A DNA stretch of 64,000 nt from Takakia lepidozioides. Taxonomy: Eukaryota > Plantae > Bryophyta. The stretch is from contig CM060732.1 in the NCBI GenBank assembly GCA_030704615.1, positions 60,574,001 through 60,638,000 on the forward strand, in the 5' to 3' direction. The notes beneath the pieces were generated by a model. It was not told where the DNA came from, did no database searches, and worked only from the letters and a program-made list of their open reading frames with translations. The position numbers and the translations under genes were made by a program. Position 1 is the stretch's first letter, and every line of letters begins with the position of its first letter. Below are positions 37,222 through 49,805 of the stretch, in pieces.

Positions 37222-40200
37222 CTATCCCAAGCAGTGTGGACACAACCAATCTCCGTCAGGAACCTTCTCAAGAGGTGGTGTCAAGCATCCCATATGCCAA
37301 CCCCTTGAGCATCGATCACACACCAGCATGGTGGCTGCCCCTTTGGCAGACCCACAAAGCATGCACCTCAAACCTGCAGGTACCACTGCCAAGTTTGGGT
37401 CAACTCTGCCATCGACATTGGGAAGGTGACATGGCGCACAATTACGCACATGGTCCTTCCAAGTCATGCCATCCCGACCCTCCAAGATCAGGACCCCTGA
37501 GGGCAACACCTCTCGAACCCTCAGAATAACACGCCCTGCAGTAACATCCAGAGTCGTAGGAGCAGTCTGCTGCAAATAAACATAGTCACCAGGGCTAAAC
37601 CTCCGAACCCCAGGACGATATCCTCCACCACGTATAGTGGCATACCTCAACGTATCACGGTGTTGTGCAATGGCAAGGTTCTCAAAAGCCATGGGCATGA
37701 CTTTCTTGAACAACTCTGCACGCTGATCACATGCACGTACCCACACGTCCGGATCGTCAAGGTTAAGGACTTGAGCAGTGTCCCTACGAATGGCTGCAGG
37801 CAAATCCGGCTCCCGGCCAAAGAGAAGGAAATATGGTGAGAAGGAGGCAAGTGATGCTTGTTTGCTGAACCTGTAGCCCATGGCTAACCAAGGAACCTGA
37901 AGATCGCAATCTCCTAGGTGTCCCTTCTGCAAGCCATACTTGCGCAAACCCCTCTTCACCGTCTGAACAACTCTCTCTGCTAAGCCATCGGCCTCAGGAT
38001 GATCCCGAGAAGTGGTGCGGTGGTCTATCAAGGCTTTATCACACAAAGCCTGAAACTCCCCCAAGAACTCTCTCCCTTGGTCCGTGAGTACCTCAGCTGG
38101 AGCACCAAATGGCTAAGCACACGATCCAAGAATGCATACGCAGCCCCCTCACTAGCCTTGTCAGGCAATGGAACCAACTCAATCCACTTGGAGAAGTGCT
38201 CCACCATCACCAACACATATCTGTGGTGGCGCACAGTCAGTGGCAACGGTCCTGCGAAGTCAAGACTCCATCTGTAGCCCAATCCCATGATAGGTAAAGG
38301 ATGCAACTGTGGTGTAGGGGCGTTAAACGAAGCACGCACCCTGTCACACACCATGCACCTAGCCACAAACTGTTGCACCTCTGTATGCATACCACGCCAC
38401 CAATACTGCCCCTGCAGTAAACTGTGAGTGCGTCGCACTCCAAAATGCCCCAACTCCTCATGGGCATGCCGCACTAACCGTGCACGCTGTGTGGGGTGAG
38501 GCACAATCCTCACCCGACCACCCTCCCACACTCGAAGTAGGTGTATCCCCTCCCACTTGAACCTCTTGGCTCGTTGTAGGATCCGATCCCTCTCCCTGGC
38601 AGTCACAATGGCTGCCGTGTCTCCCGTGCGGAGGTAGTCCAACACAGCTGAATCCTCATGTATATCTCTGGCACCACCTAGCTCATCACTAGCCTCAGGG
38701 TCCTCAGACACTCCGTCTACAGTCATCCCTGTTGTAGGTCCAATCTGACCTCCCGATGCCAAGATACACAAAAATGCAGATGCGTGCCATCCCGGCACCA
38801 TCTCCTCGTCCGTCTCACCATGCCACCGAGCTCCAGTGTCATCCTGCTGGCTCATGCATGGATTGCGACTCAATCCATCCGCATCCCGATTGACCAAACC
38901 CGGTCGATGCACAACCTGAAAGTCATACTCCTGGAGTATAAGTGCCCACCGTGCAAGCTTCCCCGTAAGCTTGTCTGACTCCATCAACCACTTGAGTGGC
39001 TGGTGATCCGTGACAAGGGTGAAAAGATTGCCGTATAGATAGCACCTGAAGTGTGCCACGGCCCACACTGCAGCTAAGCACTCTCCCTCATATGAGCTGT
39101 ACTTAGCCTCTGCAGCATTGTTCGAGCGGCAAGCGTAAGCCACTACGAACTCTCTTCCCTCATCATCCACCTGTGTGAGCACCGCTCCAAGCCCCAGCAT
39201 GCTCCAATCCGTATGCAGCTGAAAGGGACGCCCCCTGATAGGTCGTCTCAAGATAGGCGCCGAGGTCAACCTCGCCTTGAGCTCTTGAAAAGCTCGTTCC
39301 TGCTCATCTTCCCACTGCCACTCCTGGTCCACCTTGGTCAGCTTGGTTAGAGCCTTTGCAATGGTACTAAATCCCTTGACAAACCGTCTATAATAGTTTG
39401 CCAACCCCATGAAAGCTCGAACTCGGCTCACATCCGTGGGGCATGGAATTTGTGCAATGGCCTCTACCTTAGTCTGCTGTACCCCCAATCCTCCAGGATA
39501 TATCATGTGACCCAGATACTCAATCTGGTTGTGGAAAAACTTGCACTTCCCCGGATGCAACTTCAATCCGTGCGCTCTCAAGCGCTCCAATACCACCTGA
39601 AGGTGTCTCTCATGCTCCTCCATCGTAACACTAAAGATGATGATGTCATCTATGTAGCACCGAGCAAAGTCCACCCCTGCTAGAATCCTATCCATGACTC
39701 TCTGAAACTCTGCAGGAGCATTCTTAAGCCCAAATGGTAAGAACCGCCACTGATATAGGCAATCCTTGCCGTGCTCATTGATCCCCCAGAATGCCGTCTT
39801 CTGCTTGTCCGCCTCCTTGATTGGCAACTGGCGATATCCGGATCGTAAATCCAAAGTGCTAAAGGCCTTAGCATGCCCGATGGCATCAAAGATCTCCTCT
39901 GGTGTTGGCATGGCATACTTATCGGACTTGGTCTGACGATTTACAGGCCGGTAATCACCGCACATACGTCTCTCCGTCCAATTGCCATAGACATCCTTCT
40001 TGGCTGGCATCACTGTGGCTGAAGCATACTCTCCACCAGAGAGCTCCACCAAACCTGCCTCCCAGAGATCTTGAGTCCTCATCTGAATCAAAGACCTCTC
40101 CATGTCACTGTATCTATAGGGTCTCCGAAAGATTGGCGTGTCAGTGGCCAACTCAATACGGATCTCTTGACCCTTCAGTGCTCCCAAGTCCTTCAAACTG

Positions 40201-40355
40201 AAGGCAAAGCAATTCCTGTAAGCCCTCAGGAACCGCCGTATACGTCGTCTCTCTCCTCCGGTGACAATGGGTCCAATGTCAGGCTCCCAATTGTCCTCCG
40301 TAACTACAACCTTAAGTCCAGTGGGCTTAGAGGTAGAGGACGCGTCCCATGGTTG
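37222..40355 (-). pseudogene. Copy 2 pol: RT - RNase H - integrase (HHCC, DDE) - PHD finger; one frameshift at ~38110
   Basis: 722-aa and 280-aa ORFs with YIDD, TDWS, HAHEELGH..CMVC, SLDFAG/TDQG/AER and CMLCGSAKGAATMLVCDRCSRGWHMGCLTPPLEKVPDGDWLCPHC. Confidence 0.93.
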
Positions 40356-43300
40356 CTATGCTGCAACCTCTTGAGCAGTACTCCCTACCTGCTCAGTCAA
40401 TGACAAGGCCTCATCCTGCCCCATCATCTCATCCTTGAGGACCTCCTCAACCCGAGAAGAATCCCCAACCTCATCCATCACAGCCGCCTTGGCTGCCAAC
40501 TCCCTCTAACCTCGAGCACCTCCCACGTGTGCCATGGATGCATGCACCCCGTGGTCCTCATATGCTCGCCCCCACTCACTGCCTGTACCGTCTCGGTAGG
40601 CAGAGAGACCATTGAGGGAAGTGTATTCCGCACTCTGCGTTGCTCAGCTAGAGCCAAGCTGATAATCCAGGTCAAGCAATTGAGATCCATTGCTTGCCCC
40701 AACACTTGACGACGTGATGCCTCAGAAAGAGACGACACCGCCGTGGTACCAGTGGTAAAACCCATTGCCCACTCACGCTCGTCAGCATTAGGCTCCACTA
40801 ACTGCTGCAACTGAGCATCCCACAGGAGGCCAGGTCCACTATCCCGGAAAGCATGCGATCCTGGGAAGCTGAGCAGTGTAGGTAATGCTGCTCGTGGTTG
40901 ACCCACCTTGTTGACCACTGCCAAAGGCGAACGGTCATCGTGTCTCACACGTTGAGACTGCCTCCCTGTGTCCAGAATGTTATCCACTGTGAGATGTGCT
41001 GGCCGCTGCACCCCATCAAATGCACGCTTGAGCAGTGCGGGTGGCATCATGTTAGTCCACCATAGCCGTGGACGATGAGCCCGTGACCCCACTGTAGCTG
41101 CATCTAGCAACACTGCTGACCCAAGCCACGACCGGACTTGATGCACACTGGCCATCACCCTGGCCCGAGAATCGCCCATCAGTGGCACATTCTCCAAGAT
41201 GTATGCTGGAGATACAGCTTGATGAAGCTGCAAGTGGCGCAAAACCCGCACCATCTCCCAAAACAGACCCGACCTCGAGTCTCGCAATCCATTGCCATGC
41301 CCGGCTGATGAATGCCCTTGGCAGGGCCAACCTGCCACTACCAGATCAATGGAGCCAACCCGCTCCAAATCCTGCGCCCCCAGCAACGAAATGTCTGCTG
41401 GCAAGGCCTGCTGATATCCACGAATTGCAGACACCGACAACAACTCAGGGTACCGCTGCACCAACTGAGCAACATGGCGAAGTGAAACGCGTCGTGCAGT
41501 CTCATCCCTCTCCACATATAGGTAACGCCGAACTCGTACACCTGCCTGTAACACAGCAGCCAATCCGGTGCTGATCCCGCCAAACAAGTCCAGAAGACAA
41601 ATGCCTTCATCCGGAGACTGCCACACAATAGGTGTGGTGTCCAATGGAGACAATTGAGGTGGTCCTGGTGCAATCCCCACACTCTCCTCCTCTCCTGACG
41701 GTACAAAAGCCTCACCCAGGCTTGTTGCACCCGTCGATCAGCATCCCGCTGCAAATCCTTGCTCGTGCCCCACAATGGAGTCTGAGCAACCATGGTAGGC
41801 AACTCCGCCATACCATACATGTCATCCTGCTCTCCCGGAGGTGGTACATCCTCTGAATGAGCATTGCCCTCAAGCAACTCTCTAGGCCAACTCACTGCCG
41901 CTGTGAATGCTGCTAGTGTCGGCATCTTGCCTCGCTGGGCAACCGCAACTCCTCCTATGAACGTCACAGGGAGCTGCACACGCCGGCCCTCCCCTGACTG
42001 CCATGCAGGCCTATAGGAAGCTGACTCCTCCCAAAAATCCAGGGTGAAGCCCATGGGGTACAACACTGCCCCACCAACCAGGACATCGTATGAGACTGCG
42101 TCTGTCACAATGGCCTTGGCTCGCATCACTGAGCCATCTGTAGGGTGATCCGGCCGTAGTCTGATAGCCAACTCATGCCGTGTCATGCCCCGAGCCTGCT
42201 CCGATCCTCCCAGAGACGTCTGTATCTGGAAAGGACAAGGCTCCATATCTGCCTCCGTGAGGCCCAAGCCTGCAATAGCAGCTCTGCCCAGCATCAGTGG
42301 CTGAGCTCCCGAGTCCAACAAGACTCGCAGTGGCCGGTACCTCTTGCCTGCCGGTCCACTCAAACAGAAAATGCCATCCTGGTTGTCTAACATGACAACT
42401 CCAGGTGTCACCATGGCGCGCTCAATTGCTGGCCTAGCTGGCAGCTCCATCAACCTGGCAGCTGCAGCTTGCCATGGCGCCGCCGTGGCAGTCTTGACCC
42501 TCAAATCCGAGGATCCCTCCGGCACTACACCTCCCACTATCTCCGCAGAAGATGAAGTAACCTCCCCACTCTCACAGAGTGTAGCTGCCAGCCTGAACAC
42601 CTCAGCTGGTCTTATCCCCGGCGTCGCAATCATGGTAGCCGAGAACAATGGAGCCTGGCACACAGATGTGGCCGCTCCTAACAGCACACTAGCTGCCGTA
42701 GCCTTGGCAACACTAGGTAGTGGTGCTGCCCGTGTAGCTCTCCCCAATGGCATAGTAACCTCCGCCTCGGTAATAGTCGGGCAAGAACTAGGTGCCATGG
42801 GTGGCGTCGACACTGTCTCCGCCAATGTGAATGACTGAGGAAGCCTAGCCTGACGGCTTGCCTCCCCACGCTGTGGATCCAACTCCACCTCTGCACCTCG
42901 TGGCTCAGGAACTCGTGCTGCTCCTCGAGTCACGGTTGCAGCAGACTCCACCTGCACTAGTGGTAGTGCTGCTCCACACATGAATCCCATGCCTCCCATA
43001 TCTCCTCCCTCAGGAGCAGGAGGTGGACCATCCGGCCTTAGAGCCGGTACCACCTGAGCTGTAGCCATGGCAGCGAGCCTCTGCTCTAGCTGCTGAAGCC
43101 GGTTGGCCATGCCTTGGTCAACACCCTGACCTCCGCGTCCTTGGCCACGTTGAGCTTGCCCTTGGCCTGCACCTCGTGGCTGGCCACCTCGTCCTCTCTG
43201 GGCTGCTCCACCTCGCCCCCGGCCACCATTGTTCCCTTGGAACTGGCCTGGGCGCAACTCAGGATGCAAACTATAACACTGGGCCTCTCCATGCCCGTGC

Positions 43301-44319
43301 TTGCCACAATGCCCACACTGCAACTGTGCAGGCTGTGCATGTGCCGACCCTTTGCCTCCCTCTGGGCAATCCTTCTTGACATGGGGTCCTCCACATGTCC
43401 AGCACACCACATCCGCCCGTTGTTGGCCAGCAAATGAAGGGAGAGACCCCTGCATTTGAGGTCCTCTCTGCCCTTCCCTGAGCTTCACCTGAGCCCCCTT
43501 GTTGCCTTGAGCACGTTGAGGTAGTTGTTGGCTAGGAGCACCACTACCCCGTGGTGTCTCCTTAGCAAATCCCACCATGACCACTCATTCCTCCACCATG
43601 TTGAGCTCTATCCGCTCTGCCAGCAAAAACACATTTGCTAAGGTGGGTTGGGCCGCTTGTAGGAGAGTTGCATCCCGCACCCTTCTCCTCAGCTCCTTGT
43701 CCAATATCCCATACCAGAATTGGACTGCCTGAGCTTCCGTAACCCCTTGGGTTACATTTATCAAGCGCCTCATGCGAGTGAAAGCCTCCCTCAAGCTCTC
43801 GGTCGGCTTCCGTTGGAACTCTTGCAAGCTCCGCAACTTCTCTGTCCTCACCCCTTGGTAGTTCCCTCTCAACTCTTCGAAGAACTCCACAACAGGGTTG
43901 AAGGCAGGCACGGGTGCTAGTGCTGGTGCGGTAGTGGCTTGGGTGGACGTCGTAGCTACTGTACCACCAGTCCCACTGCTGCTTGCTGAAGCTGCCGGTG
44001 CAGCGGCAGGTGTAGCCACTGCCCTCGTGGCTCTAGTGCCCCTAGTGATGGAGACATAGTCGGGTGACCAGTACATCCTCCACTCCTCGATCTCAACCTC
44101 ATGCCCCCGCCTGAACTCATGGTAATCATCCATAGGCGGCCCCTCAAGGTGCTGAAACAGCCCTTTCCATGCCATGAACGGCGTAAATAGTTGTGGATTG
44201 CGCATTTGCTGCAAATCACACCAACTATCAAACTCTTGGATAAAATCATCCAACTCAATGGTGCCCACCGCCCCAGAGTACCTTCGTGGCCCCTTGGTAG
44301 CTCCATACATCTCCTCCAT
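40356..44319 (-). pseudogene. Copy 2 ORF1: Gag - 2 Zn knuckles - RGG-rich - aspartic protease - C5 DNA methyltransferase; one nonsense and two frameshift lesions
   Basis: Gag from MEEMYG..ELDDFIQEFDSW (the true start may lie upstream). TGA at 43585 (CGA in copy 1), frameshifts at ~41713 and ~40508. Ends at TAG 40358-40356. Confidence 0.9.
40657..41602 (-). CDS. C5 cytosine DNA methyltransferase domain (DNMT3/Dcm-like), uninterrupted in copy 2
   Basis: Motif I LLDLFGGISTG, II YVERD, IV DLVVAGWPCQGHS, VI YILENV, VIII RAHRPRLWWTN, IX-X EREWAMGFTTGTT..SRRQVLGQAMD, in canonical order within the 400-aa ORF 40478-41680. Confidence 0.93.
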
Positions 44320-44464
44320 TGTGTCCCACAATAATGGCAAAGAAACAACTTGCACCGCCGGTATGAGCCCTCCTGATTTACAATCCGAATCAGAACCTTC
44401 CGTGGAAGACACAGGAGGTGAAGGTGGCCTAAACCGCACACCTCGTCTCGTGTACCCACTAGTA

Positions 44465-46452
44465 GGCCACTGGGCACAGCCTGTCACAGCCCCTCACAGC
44501 TCGTCACAGCCTCAAAGGCCTCAGGCACAGCCTGTCACAGCCCCTCACAGCCGTCACAGCCCCAAAGGCCTCAGGCGCGGCCTGTCACAGCCCCTCACAA
44601 CCCGTCATAGCCCCAAAGGCCATGGGCACGGCCTGTCACAGCCCCTCACAGCCCGTCACAGTCTCAAAGGCCTCAGGCACGGCCTGTCACAGCCCATCAC
44701 AGCCCCAAAGGCCTCAGGCATGGCCTGTCACAGCCCGTCACAGCCCGTCACAGCCCCAAAGGCCTCAGGCGCGGCCTGACACAGCCCCTCACAGCCCGTC
44801 ACAGCCCCAAAGGCCATGGGCACGGCCTGTCACAGCCCCTCACAGCCCATCACAGCCTCAAAGGCCTTAGGCACGGCCTGTCACAGCCCCTCACAGCCCG
44901 TCACAGCCCCAAAGGCCATGGGCACGGCCTGTCACAGCCCCTCACAGCCCGTCACAGCCTCAAAGGCCTCAGGCACGGCCTGTCACAGCCCCTCACAGCC
45001 CGTCACAGCCCCAAAGGCCATGGGCACGGCTGTCACAGCCCCTCACAGCCCCTCACAGCCTCAAAGGCCTCAGGCACGGCCTGTCACAGCCCATCACAAC
45101 CCCAAAGGCCTCAGGCACGGCCTATCACAGCCCCTCACAGCCCGTCACAGCCCCAAAGGCCTCAGGCGCGGCCTGTCACAGCCCCTCACAGCCCGTCACA
45201 GCCCCAAAGGCCATGCGCACGGCCTGTCACAGCCCCTCACAGCCCGTCACAGCCTCAAAGGCCTCAGGCACGGCCTGTCACAGCCCCTCACAGCCCCTCA
45301 CAGCCCCAAAGGCCATGGGCACGGCCTGTCACAGCCCCTCACAGCCCGTCACAGCCTCAAAGGCCTCAGGCAGGGCCTGTCACAGCCCCTCACAGCCCCT
45401 CATAGCCCCAAAGGCCTCAGGCAGGGCCTGTCACAGCCCCTCACAGCCCGTCACAGCCCCAAAGGCCTCAGGCACGGCCTGTCACAGCCCCTCACAGCCC
45501 GTCACAGCCCCAAAGGCCTCAGGCACGGCCTGTCACAGCCCCTCTCAGCCCGTCACAGCCCCAAAGGCCTCGGGCACGGCCTGTCACAGCCCCTCTCAGC
45601 CCGTCACAGCCGCAAAGGCCTCGGGCACGGCCTGTCACAGCCCCTCACAGCCCGTCACAGCCGCAAAGGCCTCGGGCACGGCCTGTCACAGCCCCTCACA
45701 GCCCGTCACAGCCGCAAAGGCCTCAGGCACGGCCTGTCACAGCCCCTCACAGCCCATCACAGCCCCAAAGGCCATGGGCACAGCCTATCATAGCCTGTCA
45801 CAGCCCCACAGGCCTCAGGGCACAGCCTGTCACAGCCCCGCACAGCCCGTCACAGCCCCAAAGGCCACTGGGCACAGCCTGTCACAGCCTGACACAGCCC
45901 GTCACAGCCCCACAGGGCACAGGGCACAGCCTGTCACAGCCCATCACAGCCCATCACAGCCTCAAAGGCCTCAGGCACGGCCTGTCACAGCCCCTCACAG
46001 CCCATCACAGCCCCAAAGGCCATGGGCACAGCCTGTCATAGCCCGTCACAGCCCCACAGGCCTCAGGGCACAGCCTGTCACAGCCCCGCACAGCCCGTCA
46101 CAGCCCCAAAAGGCCACTGGGCACAGCCCGTCACAGCCCCAAAGGCCACTGGGCACAGCCTGTCACAGCCTGACACAGCCCGTCACAGCCCCTCACAGCC
46201 CATCACAGCCCCAAAGGCCATGGGCACAGCCTGTCACAGCCCGTCACAGCCCCACAGGCCTCAGGGCACAGCCTGTCACAGCCCCGCACAGCCCGTCACA
46301 GCCCCAAAGGCCACTGGGCACAGCCTGTCATAGCCTGACACAGCCCGTCACAGCCCCACAGGGCACAGGGCACAGCCGGTCACAGCTTGCCACAGCCTGT
46401 CACAGCCCGTCACAGCCCGTCACAGCTTGCCACAGCCTGTCACAGCCCCACA
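44465..46452. repeat. Element-internal tandem array, 51-bp unit GGCCTGTCACAGCCCCTCACAGCCCGTCACAGCCCCAAAGGCCTCAGGCAC
   Basis: Direct reading. About 2.0 kb here versus ~1.5 kb in copy 1. Confidence 0.93.
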
Positions 46453-47983
46453 CATGGCCGCTCTGGCAGTTTAGCCATTTCTCCAAGGGGTTTAGCCACG
46501 CCAAGCTAGGGTTTGTGTCTCTTGGACTCTAGGCTTCTTTCCACCGAGCTATGGTGGCTGTGAGGAAATCAGCAAGGTATCCTTGCTCTTTCGGCTCCCA
46601 CACACCACCATAGTAGCCCTAAGCCATGAGGTGGTTGCCACAAACCAAGCCTTCTTTCTCACTTAGCCTACCCAAACACGCCACTAAACTCAATGGCAAA
46701 CAACCAAGCCCTGCTGGTTCCCAGCCCTTGTGAGCACTCATTCAAGCACTCTCCTTGGCCATAGCATCTGTCTTAGAGCCTCTTCCAGCCCCCTACACCT
46801 GCTGCTTCAAGAGTTGCGCTCCCTTCAAGCTTGAAGTTGAAACCCCAACTCACATAGGCCCTACAAGTGCTTTTCTTTCACTCCAAGTGGAAACCAGCCC
46901 TAGACCTTCCGTTCTAGCTCTCTAAAGCTTGAAAACAAGAGCCTCAATGGGCTGAAGGCATGCTCCACACATGCCCCACTCTCACCATAAAAGAATCAGC
47001 TCCTTTGCTTCATTTCTTGCACCACAAACCTGAAAATACAAGCTTCAGCATGCTGAAAGCATGCTCCACATGCCCTACAGGGAAACCAGCCCCTTCCTTC
47101 CTTTCTTGCACTCCCACACCTGAAAGTGCAAGCCTTCACCAGGCTGATAGCATGCTCCACACATGCATTGCCCTCACATAAGGGAAGTCAGCCCTTCCCT
47201 CTTCCTTGCTTGTCCTCCAAGCTTGAAGATGGAAGCTTCAATGAGCTGAATACATGCTCCACACATGCAACCTCTTCACACAAGAGATATCAGCCCCCTA
47301 TCTTGGCTCCTTGGCTCCTTGATGCTCTCTAAGACAAGACTAAGAACTCCATAGCCTTTGCCAAGCTCCTGAAACCCTAAGGCTTACATTTCCAGCCACA
47401 AGACACTTCTCTTGTGGTGCAAGAGCTCTTCTTCCAAGCTCTGTAACCCTAGGTGCACATTCCATGGCCTTGCCGCACCTCTTAGCTCCTGTTCCAGCCC
47501 TGCTCTCGCCATGACAAGAGCCCTCTCAATGCTGAAGCTCGAGATTGAAACCCAATCTCACCATACTCCACAAAGTGCACTGATTTGCCCCAAGCCAAAT
47601 CAGCCCTTTCGCTTGGTCTTGCAATCCTTCACACAATGACAGCTCGCATTCCCAAGTCCAGTTCTCAGCTTTGCCACCAAAGCCACTATAACCTGCTCTT
47701 GACTGGTCCTCTTCCCAATCGTGCTTGCTCATGCATGTACACAATCTGAAACCATCAAGGTGCTCTGGAATTACCTACAGTATGGTGCTTTCATCTCTGA
47801 AGCTGAAGATCGAATGCCAAGGTTTACCACCTCGTAACCCACATCGCCTCCGCTTCTAACAACCAAGAGCTCCACGGTGCTCCTTGCATAACAACTTGGT
47901 TTCTCTCATTCTCAAGCAAAAACCACAAGTGCTACAACTAACTCGTATCTAGCACTCATAGATACGAGCTCATCTTTCTCGAG

Positions 47984-48310
47984 TGATAAAGAGGAAGAAT
48001 ACAAGCACAAGCTCATGCGAGCTCACAAAGCTGAAGCATAAACTCATGCATATATAACCTCATCACTCAAATACAAGTCAAGCCAAGTGCACCCCACGCC
48101 ATGGGGAATCCACACTACGGCGCCATAGCTAGGCGCGGTGAGGCTCAACTCGAGAAAGATGAGCCTCATGCGCTTGCCGTGAAGATAACCACTCCAGGGC
48201 CTAAATCTGCCTTGACCCCTGGATTGACACTTGGGCCAATCCCAAATGTCAATATGTAAAAGCTAGCTATTTCCTAGCTAGTTTCACACTAGTGGTAAAA
48301 TAACTTGACA
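47984..48310 (-). repeat. A1 terminal repeat (327 bp) of copy 2; homologous to 15336-15662 in copy 1
   Basis: Near-identical to 36445-36771. Begins TGTCAAG and ends TTTATCA on the element strand. Confidence 0.93.
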
Positions 48311-48519
48311 CCTCAGTCATAACTTTCAGTCGTGTAGTCATATTTGTTATGACTACATCACCAAACCCTGCATCACCCTCAGTGACGACCATGACTTCGC
48401 ACTTATCACTCCGTAGTCATGGTAGAACTGACTTCGTGTTTGTCACTGCAGAGTGAGGTAGTCATAACAACACTTATCACTGCTATTCATAGTCATAAAA
48501 ACGTTAATCTGTACTAGTG
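48311..48519. mobile_element. CACTA terminus (CACTAGTACAGATT on the minus strand); its subterminal GTAGTCAT repeats continue at ~36040-36256
   Basis: AATCTGTACTAGTG ends at 48519. Dense AGTCAT/ATGACT motifs flank copy 2 on both sides. Confidence 0.65.
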
Positions 48520-49329
48520 TTGGCCCTGAGATGCATATTGAATTTTGTAAGTTAGCTCATTGCTCATTGATAAGTAGGGTTGGGGGTGTTTGCTGGAACA
48601 ATTCTAGGCTGTCATTGTCAGCTGCTAGCAGGAAGGCAAGGATGTATGCATGATTTTGTGTAGAGGCATAGATAGCTGAAGGAGCAGGGATAGAGTGTGG
48701 GCCTAGATTCGTCCAAGAGGGCCGGATTTCAAGCTCCATTATTTCAGTGTCATCCATTCAGCCAGGGATTTCTTGGTGACATTGCCAAGGCTTTACTCGC
48801 CACACGATGCTTGTAAAGCTTCCTTAGCTTGAATGCTGATTATGCTTGAATTATTAGGTTTGTAAAGCCAGTTTTGAAATTTTCATAGTAATCAGCTCTC
48901 TTGAAAATCTGTAGGTTGCAAGCCATTTACAGCGGGCCGTGGGTGGACTAGAAGACAACCATTGAAAATCTTGGTGCGTTAATACCAATGGAGAGCAGTG
49001 TAAGCTTCATATGCCCTTTTGGTGCTAGTTATCTTCATGTATGGTATTGTTGAACACCAACAATCTTTTGGTGAGATTATGTCTTGGTGCACGTGTCTGA
49101 TAAAGAAAAACGGTAATGTTTGTTCTGAAACTTGAAGGCGTGAAATGATTCAACACAGCAAGAGCATTACGCGTGTCACAGTACAAGTTGTAAGAAAGCG
49201 AGAGATACATAGTTATACAGTCAAACAGACAACTATCAGTTTCTGTGGAATCTCTTGCCAATGGCAGGATGGGTTGGGAACAGCCAAGTCAAGAGGTGAA
49301 TGCCTGTCAAATTACCACATGTCCTTCTG

Positions 49330-49800
49330 AACACTGCCCCTGCCCTGGTGGACATGTATGCCAAATGTGGGTGCATTGAGGATGCCAAGGGAGTGTTCAA
49401 CACTGTGGCTGAACGAGATGTGGTGTCGTGGAGTGCGATGCTTGCAGGGTATGCACAGCTGGGGTGCGGGATGGAGGCTCCAACCTTTGAGCAAATGATG
49501 GGGGAAGAGGTGAAGGCCGCCAACATAAGGTTTGTGTGCCTTTGCAGTGCGTCTGGCAGCCCTGGAAAAGAGCAAAGAGATCCCTGGTGACATCATCAAA
49601 TCTGCAATTGTACCAGATGTCATCTTGAACATTGCTCTGGTGGCCATGTATGCTAAATGTGAGAGCATTGAGGATGCCAAGGGAGTGTTCAACACTATGG
49701 CTGAACTAGATGTGGTGTCGTGGAATGCGATGCTTGCAGGGTGTGCAGAGCAGGAGCGAGGGATGGGGCTTTGGACACCTGAAAACAAATGATGGGGAAA
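49330..49800 (+). pseudogene. PLS-class pentatricopeptide repeat (PPR) gene fragment, frameshifted
   Basis: ALVDMYAKCGCIEDAKGVFNTVAERDVVSWSAMLAGYAQLG and ALVAMYAKCESIEDAKGVFNTMAELDVVSWNAMLAG in different frames. Confidence 0.88.
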
Positions 49801-49805
49801 GGGGT

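Larger units (their letters stand above)
36257..48310 (-). mobile_element. Ty3/Gypsy-like DNMT-carrying retroelement, copy 2, with split direct repeats A1-internal-B1-GC-A2-B2; 4-bp TSD CCTC
   Basis: CCTC at 36253-36256 and 48311-48314. Element-strand termini TGTCAAG...GCACGACA. Inserted in a GTAGTCAT-rich CACTA subterminal region that continues on both sides. Confidence 0.93.

Noticed and set aside
44174-46532. Long ORFs (201-439 aa; also 17215-18458) with TACHSPSQPVTAPKASG repeats
   Set aside because: They arise from the stop-poor strand of a 51-bp tandem array, are open in several frames at once, and show no evidence of coding.
36257-48310. Classification as a DIRS/Ngaro tyrosine-recombinase element because of split repeats and an MTase
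   Set aside because: It encodes an aspartic protease and an HHCC/DDE integrase, makes 4-bp TSDs, and no YR ORF was recognised.
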